A stretch of 43,788 nt of DNA, taken from assembly GCA_913031455.1 (NCBI GenBank), contig CAJWFL010000001.1, forward strand, positions 1 to 43,788, given 5' to 3'. The DNA comes from an uncultured Gammaproteobacteria bacterium (lineage in GTDB: Bacteria > Pseudomonadota > Gammaproteobacteria > Pseudomonadales > Litorivicinaceae). The notes under the pieces are model-generated. The model worked only from the letters and a program-made list of their open reading frames with translations. It searched no databases and was not told the DNA's origin. A program made the position numbers and the translations under genes. Below, piece by piece: positions 1 to 9,025 of the stretch. Numbering within the stretch: the stretch's first letter is position 1; every line of letters starts with the position of its first letter.

Positions 1-245
1 ACAGGTAAGGTTCCGGTCGCATGAAGGTCGAGTAATTCAATGCCGTAATGTGCTAGCCGTTCTTCAGTAGCCTTGGATGATGCCACTGCACCCAAGATGT
101 CGATTTTGCTTTCAGCCAGAACATCGATAAAGCAGTTGGCAGTCGAGCCTGTTCCGATTCCAATCGGCGTATCCGAGTCGAGTAGGTGTCGGACTTTTTC
201 GAAAGCGGCTTCTGCCACTTGGCGTTTTTTCCCATCCTGGCTCAT
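1..245 (-). CDS. rpiA: Ribose-5-phosphate isomerase A, N-terminal part (runs off the window start)
   Basis: Manual translation of the minus strand gives MSQDGKKRQVAEAAFEKV...PIGIGTGSTANCFIDVL...GAVASSKATE. It carries the RpiA GIGTGST motif, has a GGAG SD upstream, and is divergent from ilvA as is common in Gammaproteobacteria. Not in the ORF track because it is truncated. Confidence 0.92.
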   Translation of the reverse strand, partial: MSQDGKKRQVAEAAFEKVRHLLDSDTPIGIGTGSTANCFIDVLAESKIDILGAVASSKATEERLAHYGIELLDLHATGTLP

Positions 246-328
246 CATGATCTCCATAAAAGCGGGGCGAAATCATAGCTGTTAGCGGGCTCAGACGCTA
301 TGATAATGAACTTAAATTTGGAATTCTC

Positions 329-1843
329 ATGCTAGACACCCTCATTCAAAAAATTTTGTCGGCTCGCGTTTATGATGTAGCGATTGAAAGCCCCGTCCAC
401 CAAGCGCCTTTTTTGTCAAAACGGCTTGGTCGTCCTATTTTTCTGAAACGTGAAGATTTGCAGCCCGTCTATTCATTCAAATGTCGGGGTGCGTACAACA
501 AAATGGCAGGGATTCCGAAAGAGGTTCTCGCGGAGGGTGTGATTGCGGCGTCTGCTGGTAACCATGCCCAGGGTGTTGCGTTGGGTGCGCAGAAACTGAA
601 GATCCCAGCGGTCATCGTAATGCCAACAACCACGCCTGCAATCAAAGTCCGCTCTGTAAAAGCGCGAGGTGCTCAGGTGGTACTTCATGGGGACAGTTTT
701 GACGAAGCATTCGCTAAAAGCCAAGAGTTGGTTGCTGAGTATGGATACACCTACCTACATCCATTTGACGATCTTGAGGTCATCGCAGGTCAGGGAACTG
801 TTGCCGTTGAGCTATTAAGGCAAATGACTCGCCCAGTGGATGCGGTGTTTATTCCAGTCGGTGGCGGAGGTTTGGCCGCGGGCATGGCGGCCTACATTAA
901 ATATGTCCGCCCTGAAATCAAGGTCATCGCTGTTGAGCCAGAGGATGCGGCCTGCCTCGATGCTGCGATGAAGGCGCGCGAGCGCATTGTGCTGCCGCAA
1001 GTCGGTTTGTTCGCCGATGGAGTCGCAGTTAAGCAGGTTGGTGAAAACACTTTCAACGTTCTTAAAGACGCGTGTGATGAGGTGATCACAGTTACCACAG
1101 ATGAAATCTGCGCTGCTGTGAAAGATGTATTTGATGATGTACGGAGCGTCAATGAGCCCGCTGGTGCGCTCGCAGTCGCGGGCTTGAAAAAATATGCTGA
1201 GCGAGAGGGTGCTGGCGAAGCACTCGTTGCAGTGCTTTCAGGCGCCAATGTGAATTTTGATCGAATTCGCCATGTTGCGGAGCGGGCGGAAGTCGGTGAG
1301 AAGCGCGAGGCCATTTTGGCCGTGACCATCCCTGAGCGTCCTGGTGCATTTAAAGCGTTTTGTGAGCAAATTGGTCACCGAAACATTACCGAATTCAATT
1401 ATCGGTTCGCTGATGAAAATGAAGCTCATATCTTTGTTGGTGTAACAACAGATCCAACAACCGATGATCGAACACAGTTGGTTGATCGGCTAAATGCAGC
1501 AGACCTCCCCGTGGTTGATATGACTGATAATGAACTGGCGAAGCTCCATATCCGCCATATGGTTGGAGGTCGGAGTCCCGAAGCAGGGTCTGAATTGGTG
1601 TTTCGCTTCGAATTTCCAGAGCGGCCGGGAGCATTATTGAAGTTTTTGAATAAAATCGGTTCGCGCTGGAATATCTCGGCCTTTCATTACCGAAACCATG
1701 GTGCCGCCTATGGACGAGTGCTTGTGTCAATGCAAGCAACGTTGTCAGAGCGTGATGAGCTGTCGAGTTATTTTGACGATATCGGGTACACGTATTTTGA
1801 TGAGACAGAAAATCCAGCAGTTAGCCTCTTTATGAAAGGTTGA
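329..1843 (+). CDS. ilvA: Threonine ammonia-lyase, biosynthetic
   Basis: KREDLQPVYSFKCRGAYN PLP-lysine motif, ASAGNHAQG, and two C-terminal ACT-like regulatory repeats (IPERPG, FPERPG). Confidence 0.97.
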   Translation: MLDTLIQKILSARVYDVAIESPVHQAPFLSKRLGRPIFLKREDLQPVYSFKCRGAYNKMAGIPKEVLAEGVIAASAGNHAQGVALGAQKLKIPAVIVMPTTTPAIKVRSVKARGAQVVLHGDSFDEAFAKSQELVAEYGYTYLHPFDDLEVIAGQGTVAVELLRQMTRPVDAVFIPVGGGGLAAGMAAYIKYVRPEIKVIAVEPEDAACLDAAMKARERIVLPQVGLFADGVAVKQVGENTFNVLKDACDEVITVTTDEICAAVKDVFDDVRSVNEPAGALAVAGLKKYAEREGAGEALVAVLSGANVNFDRIRHVAERAEVGEKREAILAVTIPERPGAFKAFCEQIGHRNITEFNYRFADENEAHIFVGVTTDPTTDDRTQLVDRLNAADLPVVDMTDNELAKLHIRHMVGGRSPEAGSELVFRFEFPERPGALLKFLNKIGSRWNISAFHYRNHGAAYGRVLVSMQATLSERDELSSYFDDIGYTYFDETENPAVSLFMKG

Positions 1844-1875
1844 TTCTCATAAATTGCCTTAACTGACTATAAAAG

Positions 1876-1903
1876 TTGACTTTTTTATTTTTTGTCGTAT
1901 TCT
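1876..1903 (+). promoter_or_regulatory. Putative sigma70 promoter for a small ORF
   Basis: TTGACT (1876-1881), 16-bp T-rich spacer, TATTCT (1898-1903). It points at the ATG at 1932. Confidence 0.55.
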
Positions 1904-1931
1904 GCACGAAACTTAGACAGGTGCAGGAAGC

Positions 1932-2024
1932 ATGAATCGTCGCAATCCACTCAGAATGCTTATGGTGATTGGTGGCCTCATTTTAGTTGTCACTGTTGCG
2001 CATAGCGCAATTGTCGGCGGATAA
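1932..2024 (+). CDS. Putative 30-aa small membrane protein MNRRNPLRMLMVIGGLILVVTVAHSAIVGG
   Basis: ATG 1932 to TAA 2022-2024, upstream AGGTGCAGGAAG SD-like sequence and promoter, basic N-terminus followed by a hydrophobic stretch. Below the ORF-track size cutoff. Confidence 0.5.
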   Translation: MNRRNPLRMLMVIGGLILVVTVAHSAIVGG

Positions 2025-2565
2025 ATCCGTCCTCTGTGACAATCCAGTCGAACGCCTGATCCCATGGATCTGGCTCGAAATTCGCTTCTTGTGCAGCAAA
2101 CGCGACGCCGAGACGTAGCGGCGCGTGGAGTTCACAATGTTCCAAGGCGCGATCATAGAAGCCGCCGCCCATTCCTAACCGATAACCGCGTTGGTCGAAT
2201 CCACTACAAGGCATTATCAGCCAGTCGAGTGCGCCAAAATCAATGGTCTCTTCCTGTGACGATGTCACAATCCCGAAAGCCCCCTCGGTGACCTGCTCTT
2301 TGTGGTCCAGGGCAGCCATTTCCATTGTTGTCTTCGATAGGATTCGCGGAATATAAAGCCGGTGGGCCGATGCCAGGATTTTATGATGAAGCCACTGCAG
2401 GTCGACTTCGGATCCAAAAGCCATGTACGAGCCGATTTGTAGGGTGTCTGTGGGAAGCGCGGAAAGCAAATGCTCACTGATCGAGAGACTGAGTTCTCGG
2501 CGAGTTTCGTTCGAAAGACGATTCCGCCTTTCGAGCAATTGATCTCGGAGCATATTTTTAGACAT
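1990..2565 (-). CDS. ygfA: 5-formyltetrahydrofolate cyclo-ligase
   Basis: GYRLGMGGGFYDR motif; lies directly downstream of 6S RNA, the conserved ssrS-ygfA arrangement. Confidence 0.93.
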   Translation of the reverse strand: MSKNMLRDQLLERRNRLSNETRRELSLSISEHLLSALPTDTLQIGSYMAFGSEVDLQWLHHKILASAHRLYIPRILSKTTMEMAALDHKEQVTEGAFGIVTSSQEETIDFGALDWLIMPCSGFDQRGYRLGMGGGFYDRALEHCELHAPLRLGVAFAAQEANFEPDPWDQAFDWIVTEDGFIRRQLRYAQQ

Positions 2566-2569
2566 AAAA

Positions 2570-2738
2570 GACCCAAGTTGCCGCTGTCAGTTTGGCCCTT
2601 GAACCCAATGGTTCAAGGCGGGAAACGCAAACACACATTAGGCTTTCCGTAGACGGACCTGCGCACCGTGTATTGTGTGCCTCCCTGGAATAAGATTATC
2701 GGCTCAGGGACATCACCGACTGGCGAACAACCCAGGAA
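2570..2738 (-). ncRNA. ssrS: 6S RNA
   Basis: Minus strand reads CCTGGGTTGTTCGCCAGTCGGTGATGTCCCTGAGCCGAT...CCTTGAACCATTGGGTTCAAGGGC...GACAGCGGCAACTTGGG, the conserved gammaproteobacterial 6S segments, between zapA and ygfA. Ends are approximate. Confidence 0.92.
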
Positions 2739-2743
2739 TCGGA

Positions 2744-2752
2744 AGTATATCA
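2744..2752 (-). promoter_or_regulatory. Extended -10 element of the 6S RNA promoter
   Basis: TG-A-TATACT on the minus strand about 6 nt upstream of the predicted 6S 5' end. The TGA is also the zapA stop codon. Confidence 0.65.
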
Positions 2753-3046
2753 GCCTGCTTCGGTCTCAGACAGTCGTTCGAGTGTTGTGCCGATGCGATC
2801 GGCAAGCTGCTTCAGTTCGTGGTCTTGTCCTGTGGTTTCGCCGGTCAGGTGCTCGTGAGCGATATTGAGTGCGGCCATCACAGCCAGCCGCTCGAGGGCA
2901 CTATTTCCGGTTTTTTCCTGAATCTCGCGCATTTTGTGGTCCACGAATTCTGCCGCTGCTTCGAGCTCATGTTCTTGGCCCGCTGGACAAGCGACTGGAA
3001 ATTCCCGTCCAAGAATCTGAACGCGTAAGGTTGCGATTTCGGTCAT
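2750..3046 (-). CDS. zapA: Cell division protein ZapA
   Basis: VQILGREFPVACP and ERLAVMAALNIAHE motifs; upstream of ssrS. Confidence 0.93.
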   Translation of the reverse strand: MTEIATLRVQILGREFPVACPAGQEHELEAAAEFVDHKMREIQEKTGNSALERLAVMAALNIAHEHLTGETTGQDHELKQLADRIGTTLERLSETEAG

Positions 3047-3249
3047 GACAGCACCTCGTAGTTTTTGAGCCGCCCAAGGACAGCATCGATGTGCTGCCGT
3101 GTTTCGTCGCGTTGTTTCAACAGTTCTGCTCGCGCACGTTTTAGCTCCACCTGTTGCTTCCGCAAGTGGCGGTTCTCCTGATTGAGACGTTCTGAAAGTT
3201 GGATCAGTTTCTCAACTTGCTGTTCCAACTCTCGCAAATCATTATGCAT
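3043..3249 (-). CDS. Short coiled-coil protein, ZapB/TIGR02449-like
   Basis: 68-aa heptad-rich sequence (LEQQVEKLIQLSERLNQENRHLR) coupled to zapA by a 4-bp overlap. Confidence 0.8.
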   Translation of the reverse strand: MHNDLRELEQQVEKLIQLSERLNQENRHLRKQQVELKRARAELLKQRDETRQHIDAVLGRLKNYEVLS

Positions 3250-3309
3250 TTAAGTTTCCCGATAACCCTCGCGCATCATACGTCTGCTCACTCGTCGGCA
3301 CAACAGACG

Positions 3310-3335
3310 TGATATGATTAGTGACTCAGGAGGTG
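3310..3335 (+). promoter_or_regulatory. Extended -10 and Shine-Dalgarno for the ygfB-pepP-ubi operon
   Basis: TG-A-TATGAT at 3310-3318 and AGGAGGTG at 3328-3335 before the GTG at 3340. Confidence 0.5.
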
Positions 3336-3339
3336 CTCG

Positions 3340-3903
3340 GTGATCACAGAGTTATATCGTCCGATGGACGATTGGTTAGTCGACCAGAATTGCGATATTC
3401 GGGCGTCAGAAGTCCAGGGATTACTTGCGGGTTTAATGGCTGCCAATATTCAAGTGAAGCCAGATGAATACGTTGCTCGCTTAGCCGTATATGCAGATCT
3501 TCAGCCGGGTGCCATCACCCAAATTGCAAGCACGCTTGAGAACCTTTTTGGAAGTCTTCATGAGAGCTGGAGCGGGATCGGTTTGGACTTTGAAATGTTG
3601 TTGCCTGAAGACGACGAGCTCATTGAAGAGCGAGCTGATGCGCTGGGAGCTTGGTGCGAGTCCTTCCTGGCGGGTCTTGGTTTGTCTGGTGAACTGTCAA
3701 CGGAACGGAAACTGTCTGAAGACGTTCGCAAAGCGTTAGAGGATTTATCTGAAATCGCAAGAATCGAAGCTAATGGTGATGATGAATCCCTTGAAAAAGC
3801 GTTCGCCGACGTCAGTGAACATGTAAGACTGGCATCGCTTCTGATCGCTACCGAACTCCGCGGCGACCAAAATGAAGTATCGAAAGAGCCAATCGTTCAC
3901 TAA
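3340..3903 (+). CDS. ygfB: UPF0149 family protein YgfB
   Basis: ASEVQGLLAG and ERADALGAWCESFLAGLG motifs; position upstream of pepP. Confidence 0.88.
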   Translation: MITELYRPMDDWLVDQNCDIRASEVQGLLAGLMAANIQVKPDEYVARLAVYADLQPGAITQIASTLENLFGSLHESWSGIGLDFEMLLPEDDELIEERADALGAWCESFLAGLGLSGELSTERKLSEDVRKALEDLSEIARIEANGDDESLEKAFADVSEHVRLASLLIATELRGDQNEVSKEPIVH

Positions 3904-3914
3904 GTGAGTACGCA

Positions 3915-5207
3915 ATGTTTTCTTTGCATGTTTATCAGCAGCGACGCGACCGGCTGAAGGCATTGATGCCCGATAAATCGCTTGCGATTATCTCGGCGGC
4001 ACATGAGATCGTTCGGAATCGGGATGCCGAGTACCCTTTTCGACAGTCGAGCGATTTCTGGTATTTAACCGGCTTCACCGAGCCTGATACGGTCCTTGTG
4101 ATCGGTCCGAATCAGCCAGATCGCTTGTTTGTGCGGCCCAAAAACCCCGATCAGGAGGTTTGGACCGGCCGGCGACTGGGGCCTGAGAACGTGCAGACTC
4201 AGTTAGGCATTGATGAGGGATTTCCAATTGATGCGCTCGATGCGGAACTCGGGCGTCTGTTAATGGATGTTGTCTGGCTTGAGTATCCATTTCAGTGCAT
4301 GCAATCGTCAGCGATCGTGGACCAAGCGGTCAAATCTAAGAGTATCAAGTCGAGACGCCAAGACTTGTTATCGCATCGCGCCGATTTATCTCGTCATTTG
4401 CATCAGGCGCGTCTCATCAAGTCTGATGAAGAAATCACTGCAATGCGTGAGGCGGGACGGATTTCTGCATTAGGTCATGTCACAGCAATGCAGGCATGCC
4501 AGCCGGGTATGACTGAAGATCAATTGGCGTCTATCGTTGAGCATCGTTTCCGCATGGAGGGGTCCCCTGCAGTCGCTTATCAGACCATCGTTGGCGGTGG
4601 TGACAATGCATGTATTTTGCACTACATCGATCGCGCCGATCGATTGCAGGATGGTGACCTCGTGCTTATTGATGCCGGTTGCGAAGTCCATGGATATGCG
4701 GGTGACATTACTCGTACTTTTCCGATTAACGGGTCGTTTTCAAGCGCACAAGCCGAGTTGTACGACGTGGTATTGAGCGCACAGGCTAATGCGATTCAGG
4801 CCATGGTTGTCGGGAAATCGATCAAACAATTTCACGAGGCTGCCCTCTGCAGACTCACTGAAGGTTTGATCGACCTAAGCATAATTGAGGGTTCTCTTGA
4901 ATCCGCTCTTGAAGAGAAGCGATATCTTCCATACTACATGCACGGAACAGGACATTTTCTGGGCCTCGATGTGCATGATGTTGGCGCTTATGAGGATGAC
5001 GGCCAGCCTATTGAGCTGTCTAAAGGCATGGTGATTACATGTGAGCCAGGCCTATACATCGATCAACGATCCGCTGCCCCTGAAAGATATCGCGGTATTG
5101 GCATCCGCATTGAAGATGATGTCCTGATTACCAACCAAGGCCCCGATATTTTGACATCAATGGTGCCAAAAGTGCGGTCTGACATCGAAACCTTAATGCG
5201 AGGCTAA
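3915..5207 (+). CDS. pepP: Xaa-Pro aminopeptidase P
   Basis: FRQSSDFWYLTGF, DAG...YAGDITRT, HGTGHFLGLDVHD, EPGLY and RIEDDV motifs. Confidence 0.96.
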   Translation: MFSLHVYQQRRDRLKALMPDKSLAIISAAHEIVRNRDAEYPFRQSSDFWYLTGFTEPDTVLVIGPNQPDRLFVRPKNPDQEVWTGRRLGPENVQTQLGIDEGFPIDALDAELGRLLMDVVWLEYPFQCMQSSAIVDQAVKSKSIKSRRQDLLSHRADLSRHLHQARLIKSDEEITAMREAGRISALGHVTAMQACQPGMTEDQLASIVEHRFRMEGSPAVAYQTIVGGGDNACILHYIDRADRLQDGDLVLIDAGCEVHGYAGDITRTFPINGSFSSAQAELYDVVLSAQANAIQAMVVGKSIKQFHEAALCRLTEGLIDLSIIEGSLESALEEKRYLPYYMHGTGHFLGLDVHDVGAYEDDGQPIELSKGMVITCEPGLYIDQRSAAPERYRGIGIRIEDDVLITNQGPDILTSMVPKVRSDIETLMRG

Positions 5208-5209
5208 TC

Positions 5210-6313
5210 GTGGAGGTGAGTGTTATCGGTGGCGGACCGATAGGGATGATCACGGCACGCGCGTTGCTCGATGATGGACATCAAGTTCGCTTGTTTGACC
5301 CCTCAATCAACAAGCCGACGATGTCGCTTGCCCTCGCTGAGTCCACGCTCCTTTTACTCGAGCGCACGGGCGTAGACCTTGAGGCAGGCGAAGACCTCAC
5401 CGAAATCCTTGTGACCGAGAAAAGATTACCAGGCTCCGTCTTATTGCAAGCAGTTGAGTGCGGATATCCGCGATTCGGTCGAGTCATCTGTTCACAAGCC
5501 CTCGAAAGCGCTGTGGCACGGCATGTATCAGACAACGTTGAACCGATCGCCGTTGAGACTATCCATGCGCGAAGTGCGCGAGCGAATCCTCGTATTCAGC
5601 TGGCGACCGGCGAAGAAGTCACTCCGGATCTTGTGATTCTGGCTGATGGTGGCCGTAGTTATCTCACCGAGACGTTGGGGTTCACCGCGCATTACAGACC
5701 CTTTGGTCGTTCTGCAATTTTAGGCCGTATTCGTGTCAGCGCGCCAAAGAAAGGGCGTGCCTATGAACGCTTCGTCGGTACGGGACCTTTGGCATTGTTA
5801 CCCATCGAGCCAGATGTCTATGGATTTGTCTGGTCTCTCAGTCCAGCTCACGCTGAGCAATTCCAGCAATCGTCTGCTGCGCTGATTGAGGCGCTAAGGG
5901 ACGCGATGCCTGACGAGCTTGGGTCAATTGAACTCGCGACAGATCCTCTGGTAATTCCATTGATCGAACGATGGATTGATCAGCCCTATCGTCCAGGCAT
6001 TGTATTGATAGGTAATGGTGCGCAGACGATTCATCCGGTTGCAGGCCAGGGCTTGAATCTCGCTCTTCGTGGCGTGATGCAAATCACCGCTGAACTAAAG
6101 CAGTCAGATCCTGACACTGCGATTCGAAGGGCATTTGCGAATTGGAAACCGAATCGGGACAAAACACGACTGGCCTCCTCGAGTCTCGAGGCATTATTTG
6201 ATCGTGATCTATTACCGCGAAAAATTTTGACCAGTCTCGGTATGGTGGCTGCTGATCAAAGTCCGTGGCTGAAGACCAAAATTGCCGAGGCCGGTATGGG
6301 GATTGTATCTTGA
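5210..6313 (+). CDS. ubiH: FAD-dependent ubiquinone hydroxylase, UbiH-like
   Basis: GGGPIG Rossmann motif, AYERF..TGPLALLP, GNGAQTIHPVAGQGLNLALR; pepP-ubiH synteny. Confidence 0.82.
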   Translation: MEVSVIGGGPIGMITARALLDDGHQVRLFDPSINKPTMSLALAESTLLLLERTGVDLEAGEDLTEILVTEKRLPGSVLLQAVECGYPRFGRVICSQALESAVARHVSDNVEPIAVETIHARSARANPRIQLATGEEVTPDLVILADGGRSYLTETLGFTAHYRPFGRSAILGRIRVSAPKKGRAYERFVGTGPLALLPIEPDVYGFVWSLSPAHAEQFQQSSAALIEALRDAMPDELGSIELATDPLVIPLIERWIDQPYRPGIVLIGNGAQTIHPVAGQGLNLALRGVMQITAELKQSDPDTAIRRAFANWKPNRDKTRLASSSLEALFDRDLLPRKILTSLGMVAADQSPWLKTKIAEAGMGIVS

Positions 6314-7431
6314 AAACCGCGGTGATCGGTGCAGGTTCGATTGGTTTAGCGGCAGCTTTGGTGTGTCAGAAAGCAGGACATTCAGTCACCCTCTTTGATC
6401 TACAAGGATTCGAGCAGAAGGCTTTGTCGTTGGAAGCCGATCCACGTGTTTGGGCGCTTGGGTCGCGATCAACTCAGTTGCTCACAGAGCTTGGTGCGTG
6501 GGCGCCCAATGAAAGACTCTGTGCCTATCAATCGATGCATGTGATTGATGCACGGAGTGATGCGCGAGTCACCTTTAACGAAGCTACCCTTGGTCATTTG
6601 GTTGAGGCGGATTGGATTCGGAATCAATTACTGTCACGAGTTGTTGGATCAGGTATCGATTGTGTTTCAGAGCGGGTTGAGTCCGTTTCGCAACGAGGCG
6701 TGTTGACGCTCCCCAAGAATGAGCTTGATGCTGATTTAGTGATCTTTGCCGAGGGACGCCAAGCACACACGGCACTTGCCTCTGGTTTTGAAATTGTCGA
6801 CGATGGTTATCGACAGATGGCAGTCGTTGGGACATTGAGAAGCGAGCAACCGCACCATGAACAGGCGTTTCAAATTTTCACTGAATGTGGCCCGCTAGCA
6901 CTGCTGCCATTACCTGATCGGGACGGTGAGCATCGTGTTAGCCTCGTTTGGTCGTTGGATCTCGACACTGCGTCTGAGCTCAAAGAGTATTCAATTGACA
7001 CATTGTCTCTAACGATCACTCAGACCAGTGAGTCGGTACGAGGTGCTTTGAGTTTCGTCGATGAACCGATTTGGATCCCGCTGTCTCAGCAATCATTGAA
7101 GCAGGATTCTCTCGGATGTTTGTTAGCCATCGGCGATACTGCACACGGCATTTTACCGTTAGCAGGTCTTGGAGCGAACCTTGGATTTGCAGATGTGATT
7201 GCGTTACAACAGACGTTGGTAAGGGCCCCTTCAGCCCGTGGTGATCGCATTGCACGAACTGTTTCGCGTGAACGGCGTTTTGAGCAACGGACTGTTGCTA
7301 TGGTGATGGGCCTTTTTTCCAACGTATTTCGCTCTGATCAGCCATTGGTGCAATTGGGCCGAAGTTTTGCATTACGAACAGCGGATCGTCATCCAACGAT
7401 TCGATCGTTGATTCAGGAGTTAGCTGGTTAA
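6310..7431 (+). CDS. FAD-dependent ubiquinone hydroxylase, UbiI/UbiF-like
   Basis: Likely TTG start at 6310 overlapping the ubiH stop. AVIGAGSIG, GPLALLPL and GDTAH..PLAGLGANLG motifs; second hydroxylase after ubiH. Confidence 0.8.
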   Translation: MKTAVIGAGSIGLAAALVCQKAGHSVTLFDLQGFEQKALSLEADPRVWALGSRSTQLLTELGAWAPNERLCAYQSMHVIDARSDARVTFNEATLGHLVEADWIRNQLLSRVVGSGIDCVSERVESVSQRGVLTLPKNELDADLVIFAEGRQAHTALASGFEIVDDGYRQMAVVGTLRSEQPHHEQAFQIFTECGPLALLPLPDRDGEHRVSLVWSLDLDTASELKEYSIDTLSLTITQTSESVRGALSFVDEPIWIPLSQQSLKQDSLGCLLAIGDTAHGILPLAGLGANLGFADVIALQQTLVRAPSARGDRIARTVSRERRFEQRTVAMVMGLFSNVFRSDQPLVQLGRSFALRTADRHPTIRSLIQELAG

Positions 7432-8042
7432 TGTTCACAGGGATTGTTCAGGGCTTGGGCGAGGTCACTCAGATTCAGGATCACGGTGGAATTCGTCGTC
7501 TCCAGGTTCGACTACCAACCGGTCGCGACCAGGGGCTGGAAACGGGCGCATCTGTTGCAATCAATGGCGTTTGTTTGACAGTCGTCGGTTGGGATCAGCA
7601 TGGTGTCGAATTTGATGTGATTGATGAAACATTGCGACTGACAAATCTCGGTGATTTGAAGGTCGGTCATGTTGTTAATGTGGAGCGTGCGGCTTGTTTT
7701 GGTGATGAAATTGGTGGTCATGTGTTGTCCGGGCATATTCATGGGCGAGCTCAAGTGACCGAAGTGGTAGAAACTGACGCAAATCTGGCGGTATGGTGGG
7801 CTGTTCCGGAAGCGCTGAAAAAGTACTTGCTGCCAAAGGGCTATGTGGCACTAAATGGATGCTCTTTAACCGTCGGTGATACCGAGCAAGACGGGCAGTT
7901 GAGTATTCATTTGATTCCCGAAACTCGTGAATTAACGACTTTTGGTCGAGTCACAGTCGGTGATTCGTTGAATCTTGAAATTGATTCCCAAACCCAAGCG
8001 ATCGTCGATACTGTTGAGCGAGTATTGGAACAGCGATTGTGA
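7431..8042 (+). CDS. ribE: Riboflavin synthase (alpha chain; called ribC in E. coli)
   Basis: MFTGIV N-terminus, SVAINGVCLTV, GGHVLSGHI. Confidence 0.95.
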   Translation: MFTGIVQGLGEVTQIQDHGGIRRLQVRLPTGRDQGLETGASVAINGVCLTVVGWDQHGVEFDVIDETLRLTNLGDLKVGHVVNVERAACFGDEIGGHVLSGHIHGRAQVTEVVETDANLAVWWAVPEALKKYLLPKGYVALNGCSLTVGDTEQDGQLSIHLIPETRELTTFGRVTVGDSLNLEIDSQTQAIVDTVERVLEQRL

Positions 8043-9025
8043 ATTCGTGGCAACTTGAGTTAGCCAACGGTGTGACAAGCTCCGAAGTGCTACTCACACG
8101 TCTCGGATTGGATGCTACCCAAGTACTGGGTGTTGATCACACGCCGGCCTTTTCAGTTCGGGTCCCTGAAACTTTTATCAAGCGAATGGTCCCTGGCGAT
8201 CCGCATGACCCATTGTTACGACAGGTGCTTTCCGTTAGTAAAGAACGCACCCCGACTCTGGGCTTTGTGGCTGATCCTTTGGATGAATTCGACAGTGTGT
8301 TACCTGGTGTCCTCCACAAATATCGATCGCGAGTTCTCCTGATTTATCGTGGTGGTTGTGCCATCAATTGCCGTTACTGTTTTCGGCGTCATTTTCCGTA
8401 TCAAGAACAGACACTGACTTCACGAGATGTTGATTTGCTAGTCGACTATTTGATCGAACACCCGGAGGTGAACGAAGTCATCCTGTCAGGCGGTGATCCT
8501 TTGATGGCCGATGACTCCTCGATTCGGGATCTATTGTCACGACTTGAATCGATACCCACGATCGCGCGCTTGCGCATCCACAGTCGGTTACCGGTGGTGA
8601 TTCCGGCTCGGATCACCGATGCCCTTTGTGAAACGATTGCATCCATACGACTGCCTATTGTCACGGTTTTGCATATTAATCATGCCAATGAAGTTGACGA
8701 GTCTGTGAAGTGTGCCGTCGGTCGGTTAAGAGCAGTCTGCCGTTCAGTACTCAATCAAGCTGTGATTTTGCGTGGCGTCAATGACTCGGCAAAAAGTCTC
8801 ATTACTCTAAGTGAACGATTGTTCGAGGCAGGGATCGATCCGTATTATCTCAACGTATTGGATCGAGTTGCTGGTGCACATCACTTTGATGTGACCGACG
8901 AAGAAGTGGCCACTCTCTATGAGGCGTTATTGGATGCACTTCCGGGATATCTCGTTCCGAAACTTGTGAGGGAAGTGCCGGGAGTAGGGCACAAAATGCC
9001 ATGGAGGGTAACGGCACGCTTATGA
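8039..9025 (+). CDS. epmB: EF-P beta-lysylation protein EpmB (lysine 2,3-aminomutase family radical SAM)
   Basis: HKYRSRVLL...GCAINCRYCFRRHFPY, ILSGGDPL and LPGYLVPKLVREVPG motifs. Confidence 0.93.
   Translation: MNSWQLELANGVTSSEVLLTRLGLDATQVLGVDHTPAFSVRVPETFIKRMVPGDPHDPLLRQVLSVSKERTPTLGFVADPLDEFDSVLPGVLHKYRSRVLLIYRGGCAINCRYCFRRHFPYQEQTLTSRDVDLLVDYLIEHPEVNEVILSGGDPLMADDSSIRDLLSRLESIPTIARLRIHSRLPVVIPARITDALCETIASIRLPIVTVLHINHANEVDESVKCAVGRLRAVCRSVLNQAVILRGVNDSAKSLITLSERLFEAGIDPYYLNVLDRVAGAHHFDVTDEEVATLYEALLDALPGYLVPKLVREVPGVGHKMPWRVTARL

Noticed and set aside
1863-1878. LexA box upstream of the small ORF
   Set aside because: CTG-N10 is followed by TTG rather than CAG.
2470-3028. Plus-strand ORFs across the ssrS-zapA region
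   Set aside because: The region is fully explained by ygfA, 6S RNA and zapA on the minus strand.
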